DNA from: Pseudomonadota bacterium
GTDB taxonomy: Bacteria; Desulfobacterota; Desulfobacteria; Desulfobacterales; RPRI01
NCBI GenBank assembly: GCA_043825875.1
Contig: JBDRRF010000054.1
Location: forward strand, 1 to 38,907
Direction: 5' to 3'
DNA: 38,907 bases
This document shows, piece after piece, positions 19,218-29,581 of the stretch (the stretch's first letter is position 1; every line of letters starts with the position of its first letter). Under the pieces are notes generated by a model, which was not told the origin of the DNA, did no database searches, and saw only the letters and a list, made by a program, of their open reading frames with translations. A program made the translations under genes and the position numbers.

Positions 19218-19408
19218 TTATTCTTGCACCTGATATCTTTCCATTATCTACTGATCAACTCATGAATCGATCAATTTCACAAGTATTCTTTCACTTACCA
19301 GATAAATAATAGCTTGACAAATAATTACAATACCAATACGTTAAAACCGTTTAAACATCTGTTTTTTCCATATGTTATTCAAAAACATCAATGCACGGAG
19401 CAAAACAT

Positions 19409-20728
19409 ATGAATTCTATGCGCAAAACTAAAAAACAGCTTATTGAAGAATTGGATAGTTTAAAGGAACGGATTTTAGAACTTGAAGCACTTGAAAAAGC
19501 CTCGGGGCAGTCAAAAAAAGAATTAGGTGAAAAAATAGGTCGATACTTCCCGCAGGTTGAACATATGGATGAGGCTATCTATGTCCTTTTTGATAGAAAG
19601 TACGAATTCGTAAACAATCAATTCGCAAAACTGTTTGGCGTAACACCTGATGAAGTATGCAGCCAGGAATTTGATCCTATGAAACTGGTGGCTCCGGAAA
19701 GCCGAAAACTTGTTACTAACAAATACAAATTAAGCTCCAGCGGCGAATTTATGACTCAGCAGTATGAATTTACCGCAATGAAGAATGATGGATCAAGAAT
19801 AGAATGTGAAACCTTCATCCTGCTCATCCCTTACAAATGGGGAGTTGCCATTCATGGAATGCTACGCAATATTAGTGTGCGCAAAAGGATTGACGAGGAA
19901 CTGCAACGAAACCGAAGCGATCTGCAGATAGTCTTAAATTCTATACCAACAAGCATATACTATATGGATACAAATCATCGTTTTATCCAGGCAAATAAAG
20001 CTTTTTGCAAATCCATTGGTTTTCCTATGGAAAGTATCATCGGAAAGACATTGACCGATATTTTCCCCAATCTGCCTACAGAACAGCTCTCTCATTTCTA
20101 TGAAACAAATAATGAAGTATTAAATACCGGCAATCCAAAGCGTGGATTTATTGAAGTTTTGCCATCAATTCGCGGAAGAAGATGGATTCAGAACGACCGC
20201 ATACCTTATGTAGATGACAAAGGGAAAATCATCGGAATTATTTGTATTGCCATTGATATAAGCGAACTACGAGAAACGGAAGAAAAGCTCTGGTATCTTA
20301 GTTTTCATGATGTTCTTACCGGTTTATACAACCGCACCTATTTTGAAGAAGAGTTGTACCGGCTTGAAAACGGAAGGCAATTTCCAATAAGCGTTATTTC
20401 TATTAAAATCGACAACCTTCAAAAAATCAATATTAATGAAGGAATAGCAGCAGGAAACGAACTCTTGCGAAGAACAGCCAAGGTCCTGAAAATATTTCGC
20501 ACAGAAGATGTAACTGCCAGAATCAGCGGAGATAAATTCGCAATTCTTCTGCCAACAGCCGACAAATCAATAGGAGAAGATGCTATACTAAGGCTTGAGA
20601 AAACCCTTGAATCAAATAACAAACATCACAAAGTACCTTTAAATCTCTCTTTCGGAGCCGCTACTGTCAGGCAAAAAGGCCGTTCATTAATTAATGTATT
20701 GAAAGAGGCTGAAGCCGCTATTGCTTAA
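19409..20728 (+). CDS. PAS-PAS-GGDEF protein with degenerate active site (SGDKF)
   Basis: Two PAS domains and motifs HDVLTGLYNR, RTED...RISGDKFAILLP. ATG 19409 has a GGAG RBS; the track start is 19391. Confidence 0.88.
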   Translation: MNSMRKTKKQLIEELDSLKERILELEALEKASGQSKKELGEKIGRYFPQVEHMDEAIYVLFDRKYEFVNNQFAKLFGVTPDEVCSQEFDPMKLVAPESRKLVTNKYKLSSSGEFMTQQYEFTAMKNDGSRIECETFILLIPYKWGVAIHGMLRNISVRKRIDEELQRNRSDLQIVLNSIPTSIYYMDTNHRFIQANKAFCKSIGFPMESIIGKTLTDIFPNLPTEQLSHFYETNNEVLNTGNPKRGFIEVLPSIRGRRWIQNDRIPYVDDKGKIIGIICIAIDISELRETEEKLWYLSFHDVLTGLYNRTYFEEELYRLENGRQFPISVISIKIDNLQKININEGIAAGNELLRRTAKVLKIFRTEDVTARISGDKFAILLPTADKSIGEDAILRLEKTLESNNKHHKVPLNLSFGAATVRQKGRSLINVLKEAEAAIA

Positions 20729-20751
20729 AATATATGGCATTAGGCGCTATA

Positions 20752-21120
20752 TTATACAAAACTAATAAAGCGCCTTAAATAACCCCAGCCATAAATCCCG
20801 AAAAAAACACCTATAGTATTCATTACAATATCCGCCACAGAAAAAGTTCTTCCCGGAACATAAAGCTGGCCTATTTCTATCAATACTCCCAAAAGAATCA
20901 TGCTAAAAGAAGCAGTTAAGGCAAACTTTCTGTTTGAATAGGCAATCATGGGCAAAACGGACAACCAGCTGTATGAAAAAAAATGGTAAAGTTTGTCCAC
21001 CTGCCAGAAATCAACCGGAAATTCCACATTAGGTATAAGCGAAAAGTAAATTACTATTCCAATAGAACTTATCCATACTACTGAAATCAATCCGGCCCAG
21101 TATTTATTCTCCATTTGCAA
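20752..21120 (-). CDS. VanZ family membrane protein
   Basis: Motifs DKLYHFFSY and IEIGQLYVPGRTFSVADIVMNTIG. The start may be ATG 21114. Confidence 0.88.
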   Translation of the reverse strand: MQMENKYWAGLISVVWISSIGIVIYFSLIPNVEFPVDFWQVDKLYHFFSYSWLSVLPMIAYSNRKFALTASFSMILLGVLIEIGQLYVPGRTFSVADIVMNTIGVFFGIYGWGYLRRFISFV

Positions 21121-21157
21121 CCTGCTTAGTACATCTTTTCACCATATCAACTTAAGA

Positions 21158-23440
21158 CTATTTTATAGATTCAAGAGTTGCAGAAGCTTCATCGGAACCC
21201 TCAAATTCAGGATCAAGCTCTAAGGCTTTCTTAAGCTCAATTTTTGCAAGATCATGATTCCCATTTTTATAATAGGCCATTCCAAGATGGTATTTCACAA
21301 GAGGCTGATCGGCAATCTTTTCATTTGCATCTTTAAGGTATGAAACGGCTCTGCTGAAAATATTTTTTTTGTAATAAATCCATCCAAGCGTATCGGAAAT
21401 ATGGGAATCATCAGGAACCATCTCTTTGGCCTTTTGTGCAAGGTTTAGAGCCTCATCAATGTTTCCTCCCTTTTCTGCATAAATATAGGCAAGATTGTTT
21501 AAAGCTGGCGGAAAGTCGGGATTGATTTTCAATACATTTTGATAGTGATCTTTAGCCTCATCATATTTCTTCTCATTCTCAAAAATCATTCCAAGAGCCA
21601 TATGGGCACTAAGAGAATCAGGGTCTTTATTTATGGTCTCCTTGTAAGAGCTTTTTGCCTTATCCACTGTTTTCTGGCGCAGATAAAAATTGCCAAGAGC
21701 CATGTGGAAAGCCGGTACATCGGGACCAAGTTCGATAGATTTCTTTAAATTATTTTCCGCTTTTGCAGGATCATTAGTAGTTTCATAAAGGCCGGCAAGG
21801 ATATTATAATAAAAAGGATTTTTAGGAGAAATTTTGATTTGTTCCTCAACCCTTTCAAAAGCTTTTTCATAATCCTTATTATTCATTCGTACAGCAACTA
21901 TAAACCTTAAAGGTTCCAAATAGTTTGGTTGAAGCTTTAAAGCTTTTTCAAAATTTTCCAAAGCCTCATCTTTTTTCTCCTGGATCAACGATAAGCGACC
22001 TTTTTGATTATAAGCAACAGGGTTATCCGGCGCAATTTTAAGCAATTCATCAAAAGCCTTTGAAGCTTCTGCAATATTTTTCTGTGCGAGATACGAATTG
22101 CCCAAAATCATATATGACTGTGGATTTCCAGGTCGAATCTTTAATACTTGCTTTCCTTCATTAATGGCTTCATCATAAGCTTTTTCTCTCATATATATAT
22201 TAGCCAGAAGAAATCTTGGTTCAAGCCATTTAGGATTCAGTTTTATCGCCTCTGCAAGAGCAGTTTTTGCCTGCTGACTCTCTTTGTTACCATAATGTGC
22301 CATTCCAATCAGATAGTATCCCATAGGAGCTTTCGGATTGTCTTTCAATAGCAACTGTAATATATTTTGCGCTTCGGTAAATTTATTTTTGACCAGATAC
22401 AATCTTGATTTTAAAATAAGTCCTTCCTGGCTTTTTGGATTAATTTTTACAATTTTTTCTATTTCATCAGAGCTTTTATCATATTGCCTGTTATCCATGT
22501 AAAAGCTTGCCAGCCTTGCCAATAGTTTGATGTTTTTAGGATCAATGCCAACAGCTTCTTTAAAGACATCTTCGGCTTTTTCTTTCTTACCCCATGCAAG
22601 ATAAAAATCCCCAAGGTGCAACCGAAAAGAAATATCTTTGGGGGACAATTCCACGCTTTTTAAAAACTGTTTTTCAGCATTCTCAGGTCTTTTTGTAATA
22701 AAATAGAAATTCCCCAAGGCTGTATATACTCTTGCATCCTCAGGAGCCACTTTAATTGCTTCCATAAATTCATTTTCGGCTTTATCCTTTTTACCTGAAC
22801 GCAAATAAAAATTTGCAAGAGCAAAACGTGTCCCGATGCTCTTTTCATTGGATTTTACAGCAGAAATCAACATTTCTTCTGCTTTGGGAAGATCTCTTTT
22901 CATAATATAAAGATTGGCAAGATGCAGATAGGCTTCAATTTTCATTTCCCCTTCTGTAGCTTTTTTTGCTTCGGCAATCGCAGCATCAAGCTTTTTTTCG
23001 GAAACATACAAGCCGCTTAAAAGCATGTGCGCTAAAGAATTATTAGGATCTTTTGAAAAAACAATATCCACATGTTCTTTTGCTTTTTCAGGTTTTCCTG
23101 ATAGAAGGTATATTGTACCCAGCTGGTTATGTGCATCTATCATATCAGGATCAAGCTCTATAGTTTTCATAAACTCCGAATAGGCTTCTTTGAATAATTT
23201 TGTCTTCATATAAGCCACACCAAGTTTATAATGAGCCTTTGAATCCTTAGGATCTAGCTTCACAACATTTCTATATTCCAGGATCGCTTCACGGAATTTG
23301 TTTTCAGAATAATATTTTTCAGCTTTACTAAAGTGTCTTGCTTTTTTTGCCTCATTCGAGCAGCCTGGACTGATTAAAAAAAAGGAACCAACAAGAAATA
23401 AAGAAATAATAAGCCAAAAGCGCTTTTTAAAATATTGCAT
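21158..23440 (-). CDS. TPR-repeat lipoprotein, PrsT-like (PEP-CTERM/EPS associated)
   Basis: Signal peptide ending SPGC, long TPR array, and C-terminal ALNNLAY / DTLGWIYY / YHLGMAY. Likely start ATG 23440 (RBS GAGGAG); the track start is 23455. Confidence 0.8.
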   Translation of the reverse strand: MQYFKKRFWLIISLFLVGSFFLISPGCSNEAKKARHFSKAEKYYSENKFREAILEYRNVVKLDPKDSKAHYKLGVAYMKTKLFKEAYSEFMKTIELDPDMIDAHNQLGTIYLLSGKPEKAKEHVDIVFSKDPNNSLAHMLLSGLYVSEKKLDAAIAEAKKATEGEMKIEAYLHLANLYIMKRDLPKAEEMLISAVKSNEKSIGTRFALANFYLRSGKKDKAENEFMEAIKVAPEDARVYTALGNFYFITKRPENAEKQFLKSVELSPKDISFRLHLGDFYLAWGKKEKAEDVFKEAVGIDPKNIKLLARLASFYMDNRQYDKSSDEIEKIVKINPKSQEGLILKSRLYLVKNKFTEAQNILQLLLKDNPKAPMGYYLIGMAHYGNKESQQAKTALAEAIKLNPKWLEPRFLLANIYMREKAYDEAINEGKQVLKIRPGNPQSYMILGNSYLAQKNIAEASKAFDELLKIAPDNPVAYNQKGRLSLIQEKKDEALENFEKALKLQPNYLEPLRFIVAVRMNNKDYEKAFERVEEQIKISPKNPFYYNILAGLYETTNDPAKAENNLKKSIELGPDVPAFHMALGNFYLRQKTVDKAKSSYKETINKDPDSLSAHMALGMIFENEKKYDEAKDHYQNVLKINPDFPPALNNLAYIYAEKGGNIDEALNLAQKAKEMVPDDSHISDTLGWIYYKKNIFSRAVSYLKDANEKIADQPLVKYHLGMAYYKNGNHDLAKIELKKALELDPEFEGSDEASATLESIK

Positions 23441-23513
23441 TTTCCGTCTCCTCATATTTTTTATGGTTCAAGGAACAAGATTAAAGATCTATGTCTAAAT
23501 AAAACTTAAAAAT

Positions 23514-24350
23514 TCAAACGCCGGTTCCTTTTAAAACATCAATCATTGAAAATACTTTCCCTTTTGCACCTTCATTTATTCTGCTGTTTAAATAAAGTAT
23601 TGCATCAAGAGTGCCTGCTACATATACATCACGGCCGTTTACATTATGTGTAAACTCAAATTTGACGGTTTTATCCCCGGAAACAATAGTATAAGTATGC
23701 CAACCATGCCCCTTGATAAATTCTTCAGGTACGCCCCAACTGTTCTTTTGATTTTCAGGATCTCTTTCCTTGACTACCTGCTCATCAGTAAAAGGTATTC
23801 CAAGCTTATTAAAATATCCGATCATTGCTTTTGCAGTACCACTTGTATCAGCTTTACCTTTTTGATGACTCTCTTTAAGTGTAAGAGTATATCCCTTAAA
23901 CAAATCGGGAAATGTTTCTGCGCCATATTCCATCATTGCCTGAAAACCGACTATCTGTTTTGCCATGTTAGGTGCAATTACTGCACAAATTCCTGATGAC
24001 AAAACAGCATCTTCAAGCTTTCCTCTTTCACCGCCTGTTGTTCCCATTACAAAAGGAAGTAAATTATTACAGAAAAATTCTGCATTGCTATTTGCTGCTA
24101 AAGGATGGGTATAGTCCACACTTATAAAGTTTTTTTCTTTTGTTTTTAATTCCTTTATAGCCTTATCTCTTTCATTAGGATTAATAAGACGAATGCAAGC
24201 CGAACCAATACTATATTCTTTTTCAATAATTTCAGGCCCGGTAAGAGATAATGGAATAAGTTGAAATCTGTCATCATTTAAAACATGCTTTGCAATATTT
24301 GAAGCCATATTTCCCGGCATTCCATTTACCATAACTTTTACTTGATCCAT
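23514..24350 (-). CDS. dapB: 4-hydroxy-tetrahydrodipicolinate reductase, plant/deltaproteobacterial type
   Basis: Motifs MVNGMPGNM, VDYTHP, PFVMGTTGG, APNMAKQIV, ESHQKGKADTSGTAKA and GHGWHTY. Confidence 0.9.
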   Translation of the reverse strand: MDQVKVMVNGMPGNMASNIAKHVLNDDRFQLIPLSLTGPEIIEKEYSIGSACIRLINPNERDKAIKELKTKEKNFISVDYTHPLAANSNAEFFCNNLLPFVMGTTGGERGKLEDAVLSSGICAVIAPNMAKQIVGFQAMMEYGAETFPDLFKGYTLTLKESHQKGKADTSGTAKAMIGYFNKLGIPFTDEQVVKERDPENQKNSWGVPEEFIKGHGWHTYTIVSGDKTVKFEFTHNVNGRDVYVAGTLDAILYLNSRINEGAKGKVFSMIDVLKGTGV

Positions 24351-24436
24351 AAATTCCTATAGCCTCCTTACGTAGGGCCTGGGATTATTCGCCGCCGTAC
24401 AAATAACGGGCATTAACAAGCCCTTCATTTTTTTGC

Positions 24437-26140
24437 TTATAATATATTGTCAATTAGGTACTTTATACCTGGGAATTCTTTTCCGTCAAGTAATTTAAAA
24501 TTTTCTTTAAGCCCACTCAATGCAGCAGGAATGTATTTTTCAAAAAATATTTTTCCCTTAACTTTACTAAGAAATCCAAATGCACCAAGAATCTGTAAAT
24601 TTCGTGTTATAGAGCAGTACTTATAGCAATTATAAAATTTGTTTTCATTTATTCCGGCAATTCTTAAAAGCTTTGTCATGCAGTATTCAATAAGCTCCAT
24701 ACGGATTTTATTAGGCAGGGCAACATAGGGATCATTTATTAATGATGCAAGATCATACTGAAGAGGACCTATGCGACCACCCTGAAAGTCTATAAAATAA
24801 ATACTGCCATCTTTAACCATAATATTTCTGGACTGCATATCCCTGTGCATAAATCCTTCAAATTGATTATCGAGGGCTCGAAAGGCTATTTTCATAAATT
24901 CTTTTTCCAACTTCTCAAAGTCGATATTTAAATTCAAATAACCTTTTAAAAAAGCATCAGTAAAATATCCGCACTCTTTTTGCATTATAAGTTCAATGCT
25001 ATAATTGGAAGTTTGATATGTCCAGGAAGTATCAAAATCAAAACCACCCGAAATAGAAAGCTCGATAAGTTGATCAATAATACATCTATACCAGTTTATA
25101 ATCTCGCTTTGACTAGTGGCATTTATTATAACTGTCTGTAAATTTATATCTCCCAGATCTTCTACAAAAACAAGCCCTGAAAAGGCATCATGAAGATATA
25201 TCCTTGGAAGCGGCAAACCTTTGCTGTTAAGATGGTTGCCGATTTTTATAAAAGAGTCAACCTCCGTATTTTGTATTTCTCTTCTTATACCGTGGTCTGC
25301 CATGATAAGAGAATACTTTCCTGAAATCAGACGAAACCATTTTCTATCGGACCCATCACCCGCAAGATTAATCGTCTTGATTTCCTGCTTTCTGTAATCA
25401 TCAAATGCAATCATGAAAGCTTTTGGAGCAGTTTCTTCTATAACAGCCTCTTTGTAAGCTTCAGGTGTTCCAAGATCATTCCAGCAAAGTTTATCAGGTA
25501 TATAGGCATGAATTTTTTTGCCATCTGCTATTATTTGTCTATATACATCAATGCTGTGTGAAAATTCATTCTCAGGTATTAAATCTATTATTTCAGGATC
25601 TATAACCTGTATACCTGTAAAAGCAAGCCTTGTATTACAGTCCTGCCCACAAACCGGCTGTGGTGAATTCTCTCGTTGTTGCGGTTCAAAACCAAGAACA
25701 AGATTTTCTTGACTGACAAAAACATTATTGAACTTTTCAAAATCGATTAATACAAGAGTAACACAGCCATTGTGTTCAAGATGAAAACTATATACTTCTT
25801 GCAGGTTTATATCTGTAAGTATATCGCTATTTATTACAATAAACGGTTTATTATCCAAAAAATCCACAACATTTTTTATTGCCCCGCCCGTTCCTAAAAT
25901 TAACGGCTCATAGCGTGTAAATACCGGTATTGAATATTTCTGTGAAGATATAAAATCGTCTATTTTCTGATAAAGATGGTGAATGTTTATTATGATTGCC
26001 TCACATCCTGCCACCTCCAGCTTTCTTATTATTATATCGATCAGTGGACGACCACCAACTGGAAATAGCGGTTTAGGAGTATGTTCGGTATAAGGAAGTA
26101 GCCTTGTTCCGAGGCCGGCTGCTAAAATGAGAGCTTTCAT
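24437..26140 (-). CDS. Nucleotidyltransferase-phosphotransferase fusion (MurU-AmgK-like)
   Basis: N-terminal ILAAGLGTRLLPYT..PKPL and GTGGA; C-terminal LAGDGSDRKWFR, EDLGD, HRDMQSRNIM, IDFQG, YDLASL. Confidence 0.85.
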   Translation of the reverse strand: MKALILAAGLGTRLLPYTEHTPKPLFPVGGRPLIDIIIRKLEVAGCEAIIINIHHLYQKIDDFISSQKYSIPVFTRYEPLILGTGGAIKNVVDFLDNKPFIVINSDILTDINLQEVYSFHLEHNGCVTLVLIDFEKFNNVFVSQENLVLGFEPQQRENSPQPVCGQDCNTRLAFTGIQVIDPEIIDLIPENEFSHSIDVYRQIIADGKKIHAYIPDKLCWNDLGTPEAYKEAVIEETAPKAFMIAFDDYRKQEIKTINLAGDGSDRKWFRLISGKYSLIMADHGIRREIQNTEVDSFIKIGNHLNSKGLPLPRIYLHDAFSGLVFVEDLGDINLQTVIINATSQSEIINWYRCIIDQLIELSISGGFDFDTSWTYQTSNYSIELIMQKECGYFTDAFLKGYLNLNIDFEKLEKEFMKIAFRALDNQFEGFMHRDMQSRNIMVKDGSIYFIDFQGGRIGPLQYDLASLINDPYVALPNKIRMELIEYCMTKLLRIAGINENKFYNCYKYCSITRNLQILGAFGFLSKVKGKIFFEKYIPAALSGLKENFKLLDGKEFPGIKYLIDNIL

Positions 26141-26162
26141 ATTTTAAATAATTATATTTCCA

Positions 26163-28814
26163 TTACCCGGCATATCTCAACAAACTAAGGTATTTATTAA
26201 TAATATCTTTATAATATTTTATTTTATCAGTATTTGAAGAATCTTTTATCCCCTTATTCCCAAAAAAATCCAACGCATTGGTATAGTTTACTTTAGACAG
26301 GGCCTCAATTTGTTTGATCTCATTTTTTTTATACATACGGCTTCCTAAGATTTGAATTTTTTTTATGCGCTCTTTTGCATCAAGCCCTTTTTGAGGAGTT
26401 GTTCCTAAAAAGTTTATAACAACAAGATATGATTCAAAGTAGGGCTTTAAAAAATTAGAAAACATATTCAGCGTTTTTAACCCGGCTGATGTAATATTAT
26501 AAGTATCGGGAAGCTTTTCATGAGGTACAAGTACGGCATTATCTATAAATACCTTTATACTTTTACGGACAAAATACTCTGTAGTTTTATCAACATCATA
26601 TGCAAATTCATATTTAAAAAAGTTTTGTAAAAAAGCATATCCGGCGTGAAGATCGGAAGCCTGGAACTGAAATGATTCTATTTTTAGAATTTCAATAGCT
26701 GAAATAGCCGCCGGAATAAAATGCGAAATACTGTTGTTTTTGTAATATTCAATTGCAGGACGCTTATTGATATTAACAAAAAATTCAGATGATTTAGGAT
26801 CACTCGTTTTTCCATGGTAAACCGGTTCAATAAATTTTCTCTGGATATATGACTCAAAAACCTGTTCTATGGCTCGTTTATAATCGGAAATCAGAGTATC
26901 CGAGATTTTTGTTTCCTGATAAGATAAATATTTAATATACGTTTCTATATCGGAAAGGATATTTTCATAGGTAAATCTATTTTTTGTACAGTTTAAAATA
27001 GCGCTTGCGGTAAGAGAGAAGGGCGTAACAACAGAAGCATCATTGATAGCATTTATCATTCTATATCCAAGATTCCGGCAAAAAGCATTCTGCTCTTTAG
27101 ATATCATGCTTTTTAGAGGAATATCTCTATCTTCAAGAAATTCATTAAGTGAAATCGATTCATTAAATTGAATATATATCTTCCCGTACTTTTTCTTCAG
27201 TAATTTTCCGGCCTTTATTAACTGGAATAAATTTTCCGGTTTTTTTTGCCCGCCTTCAAGCTCATCAAGATAAGAACTTTCTTCTATAACTCTGTCATAC
27301 CCTATGAATATAGGCACAAATATCAAATCCTTGCACGCTCCTTTTTTATAAGCTTCTAATAAAATAGAAAGAAAGCCAAGCTTAGGCAGGATAAGTTTTC
27401 CGGTTCTGCTTCTTCCTCCTTCTATAAAAAATTCGATGTTAAAACCTTCTTCAAGGAGCTTATATATATATTCTGAAAAAACTCTCAAATAAAGAGCAGC
27501 ACCTCCTAAAGTGCGCCTGATAAAAAAAGCGCCACTCGCTCTGAACAAGGGTCCCATAGGCCAGAAAGAGAGATTTTTCCCCGCGGCTATATGGGGGCTT
27601 GGCATATTATTATTATAAAGCAAATATGAAAGGATAAGATAATCAATATGGCTTTTATGGCATGGAATTAATATCAGGGGGCCTTTCAAGGACATATTTT
27701 TTATTTTATTTAATCCATCCGTGTTAATGGTATAACCATCAAACATGGTATTTACTATCCATCCCACAAACGCCGCTATAACCCTTATAACTGAATTATT
27801 ATACTTTGCAGCAATTTCATCGAGATATTTTTCGACTTCTTTACGCACTTCATCAATGGTTGTTTTTCTGGACTTTGAATATGTTTCAAGAAATACCGTA
27901 AATCTAGGACTTGCCAGAATGCTTTCTTTTAATTCCGCTGGCGATTTAAGAGCAGGGCCAATAATGGTTTGGCGATGACGATTTAGCTGAAGAAGTAAAT
28001 TCCGCCTTAAAAGCAGTGACAGATATTGTATTCCATATACTTCTTTATCCTTTGATTCCATAAATTGTTTCAAATTTATAGGCTCGGATAATTCAACAAT
28101 TATTTTTTCAGGATACTTAAAAAGTGTCGCTACTTTTCTAATCCGTCCGGCTTTATAAGCGGTACCAAATACAATATCAGTCAGTGGATTAGTTGTTCGA
28201 ATTGGACTTTTCCCAAATGACATGATTTGCGGAATTATATATATGGGCCGTTCGGTTGCTTTCTGTAATTCGAGAAGATACGCTATAGGATCGGTTTTAT
28301 CCTTAGCAAAGTGTTTGTAAAACGGTTTATCTTCAGATAGTGAAAGAAAAGCTGATTTACCCTTTAAGAGCTCTTCTTTAATATATCCGTTTTTATAAGG
28401 ATCGGGAAATGATTTGTTTTTATAATAATAATCCAAACAGGATACTATCATCCTTAATTTTCTGGATGTTTGTTGCCATATAGATGCATTGTAGTCAAAA
28501 CCGATTTCGGGAAAAGGAAGCCCCATTTCCTTATAGCGTGTATAAGCAAATAAAAATTCAAAATTACTTTTAAATTTTGATACATAAATAACAATTGCAT
28601 TTTCAGGAAGTTGTTTAAAGATAGTGAGCTGATCAGAATCTATTTTTATACCGGAAAAAAATATTTTGAGAAAATGAGATAAAAAAAAACTTATATTTTC
28701 CGGCAAATAACACGAATAATAATCATGAGTATCAAGAAGAATACCGTTAATCCACTTTCGTACTTTTTCTTTAAATTTCTTCATGCCAGAGTATATCAAT
28801 CCTGAAGGCTTCAC
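26163..28814 (-). CDS. plsB: Glycerol-3-phosphate O-acyltransferase
   Basis: Motifs PCHKSHIDY (HX4D), GAFFIRR and FFIEGGRSRTGK. The start may be ATG 28784. Confidence 0.87.
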   Translation of the reverse strand: MKPSGLIYSGMKKFKEKVRKWINGILLDTHDYYSCYLPENISFFLSHFLKIFFSGIKIDSDQLTIFKQLPENAIVIYVSKFKSNFEFLFAYTRYKEMGLPFPEIGFDYNASIWQQTSRKLRMIVSCLDYYYKNKSFPDPYKNGYIKEELLKGKSAFLSLSEDKPFYKHFAKDKTDPIAYLLELQKATERPIYIIPQIMSFGKSPIRTTNPLTDIVFGTAYKAGRIRKVATLFKYPEKIIVELSEPINLKQFMESKDKEVYGIQYLSLLLRRNLLLQLNRHRQTIIGPALKSPAELKESILASPRFTVFLETYSKSRKTTIDEVRKEVEKYLDEIAAKYNNSVIRVIAAFVGWIVNTMFDGYTINTDGLNKIKNMSLKGPLILIPCHKSHIDYLILSYLLYNNNMPSPHIAAGKNLSFWPMGPLFRASGAFFIRRTLGGAALYLRVFSEYIYKLLEEGFNIEFFIEGGRSRTGKLILPKLGFLSILLEAYKKGACKDLIFVPIFIGYDRVIEESSYLDELEGGQKKPENLFQLIKAGKLLKKKYGKIYIQFNESISLNEFLEDRDIPLKSMISKEQNAFCRNLGYRMINAINDASVVTPFSLTASAILNCTKNRFTYENILSDIETYIKYLSYQETKISDTLISDYKRAIEQVFESYIQRKFIEPVYHGKTSDPKSSEFFVNINKRPAIEYYKNNSISHFIPAAISAIEILKIESFQFQASDLHAGYAFLQNFFKYEFAYDVDKTTEYFVRKSIKVFIDNAVLVPHEKLPDTYNITSAGLKTLNMFSNFLKPYFESYLVVINFLGTTPQKGLDAKERIKKIQILGSRMYKKNEIKQIEALSKVNYTNALDFFGNKGIKDSSNTDKIKYYKDIINKYLSLLRYAG

Positions 28815-29295
28815 AAATAATATCTATTTGGTTGCATTGCTTGATATTAGTGCGCCATGCATATAAAGACCTTTTTATTTTGCCGCTCATATTATGACTT
28901 TTTATGGGAAAGTCAATCTTTGATGAATATTATAAAAAAAGTTCTTCAGAGCCACTTATTAATAAACAAACGCCTGTAGATTATCAAAACTCATTTTTTT
29001 TGCAATATTTTAATTGATATTACAATGATAGTTGGCCAAACCATACCTATGAGAATAATTGACAACATTGCTTAAAAGCTAATTTATAAGCAATATATTT
29101 AGTATGTTATATAATTTTACTACAATAGCATGATAAATTATTTAAGTAAATTCATTAAAACTGCTTGCTTTAGTATTTGCATTTTTATTAAACTAATAAT
29201 TAATTTATGGCGACTTCATAAATTTACAAACGGATTGTCTTGGTGCATTCGATATTATAAATGAACTATTATTTAATTCAGGATGGTGGTTGAAT

Positions 29296-29568
29296 ATGGT
29301 AATTTTAATAGTTGGTGCTACAATATCAATAATAGGTTTAGTTTTGCTTATACTTTGGTGGAAAGAGTTTCTCATGATTCTATCCGGCACTATCCCCTGC
29401 TTGCTTCTCATAAGCGGTGCTTTTATTATTTATCTTGGATTCGATAAATTGAAAGAAATATGGAGCAAGGAAACTGTCGTCTCTGATACCGTATCTGAAG
29501 AAGTAGAAAAATATAAATATGAAGTTGACGAACTTAAAAAAGAGATTGAATCGCTTAAAAAGGGATAA
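29296..29568 (+). CDS. Small hypothetical membrane protein (2 TM helices plus coiled-coil tail)
   Basis: Two hydrophobic segments followed by charged EEVEKYKYEVDELKKEIESLK. Confidence 0.7.
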   Translation: MVILIVGATISIIGLVLLILWWKEFLMILSGTIPCLLLISGAFIIYLGFDKLKEIWSKETVVSDTVSEEVEKYKYEVDELKKEIESLKKG

Positions 29569-29581
29569 AGTATAATCTTTG

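Noticed and set aside
28949..28957. GAGCCACTT match to the element terminus
   Set aside because: Only 9 bp with no continuation; compatible with chance.
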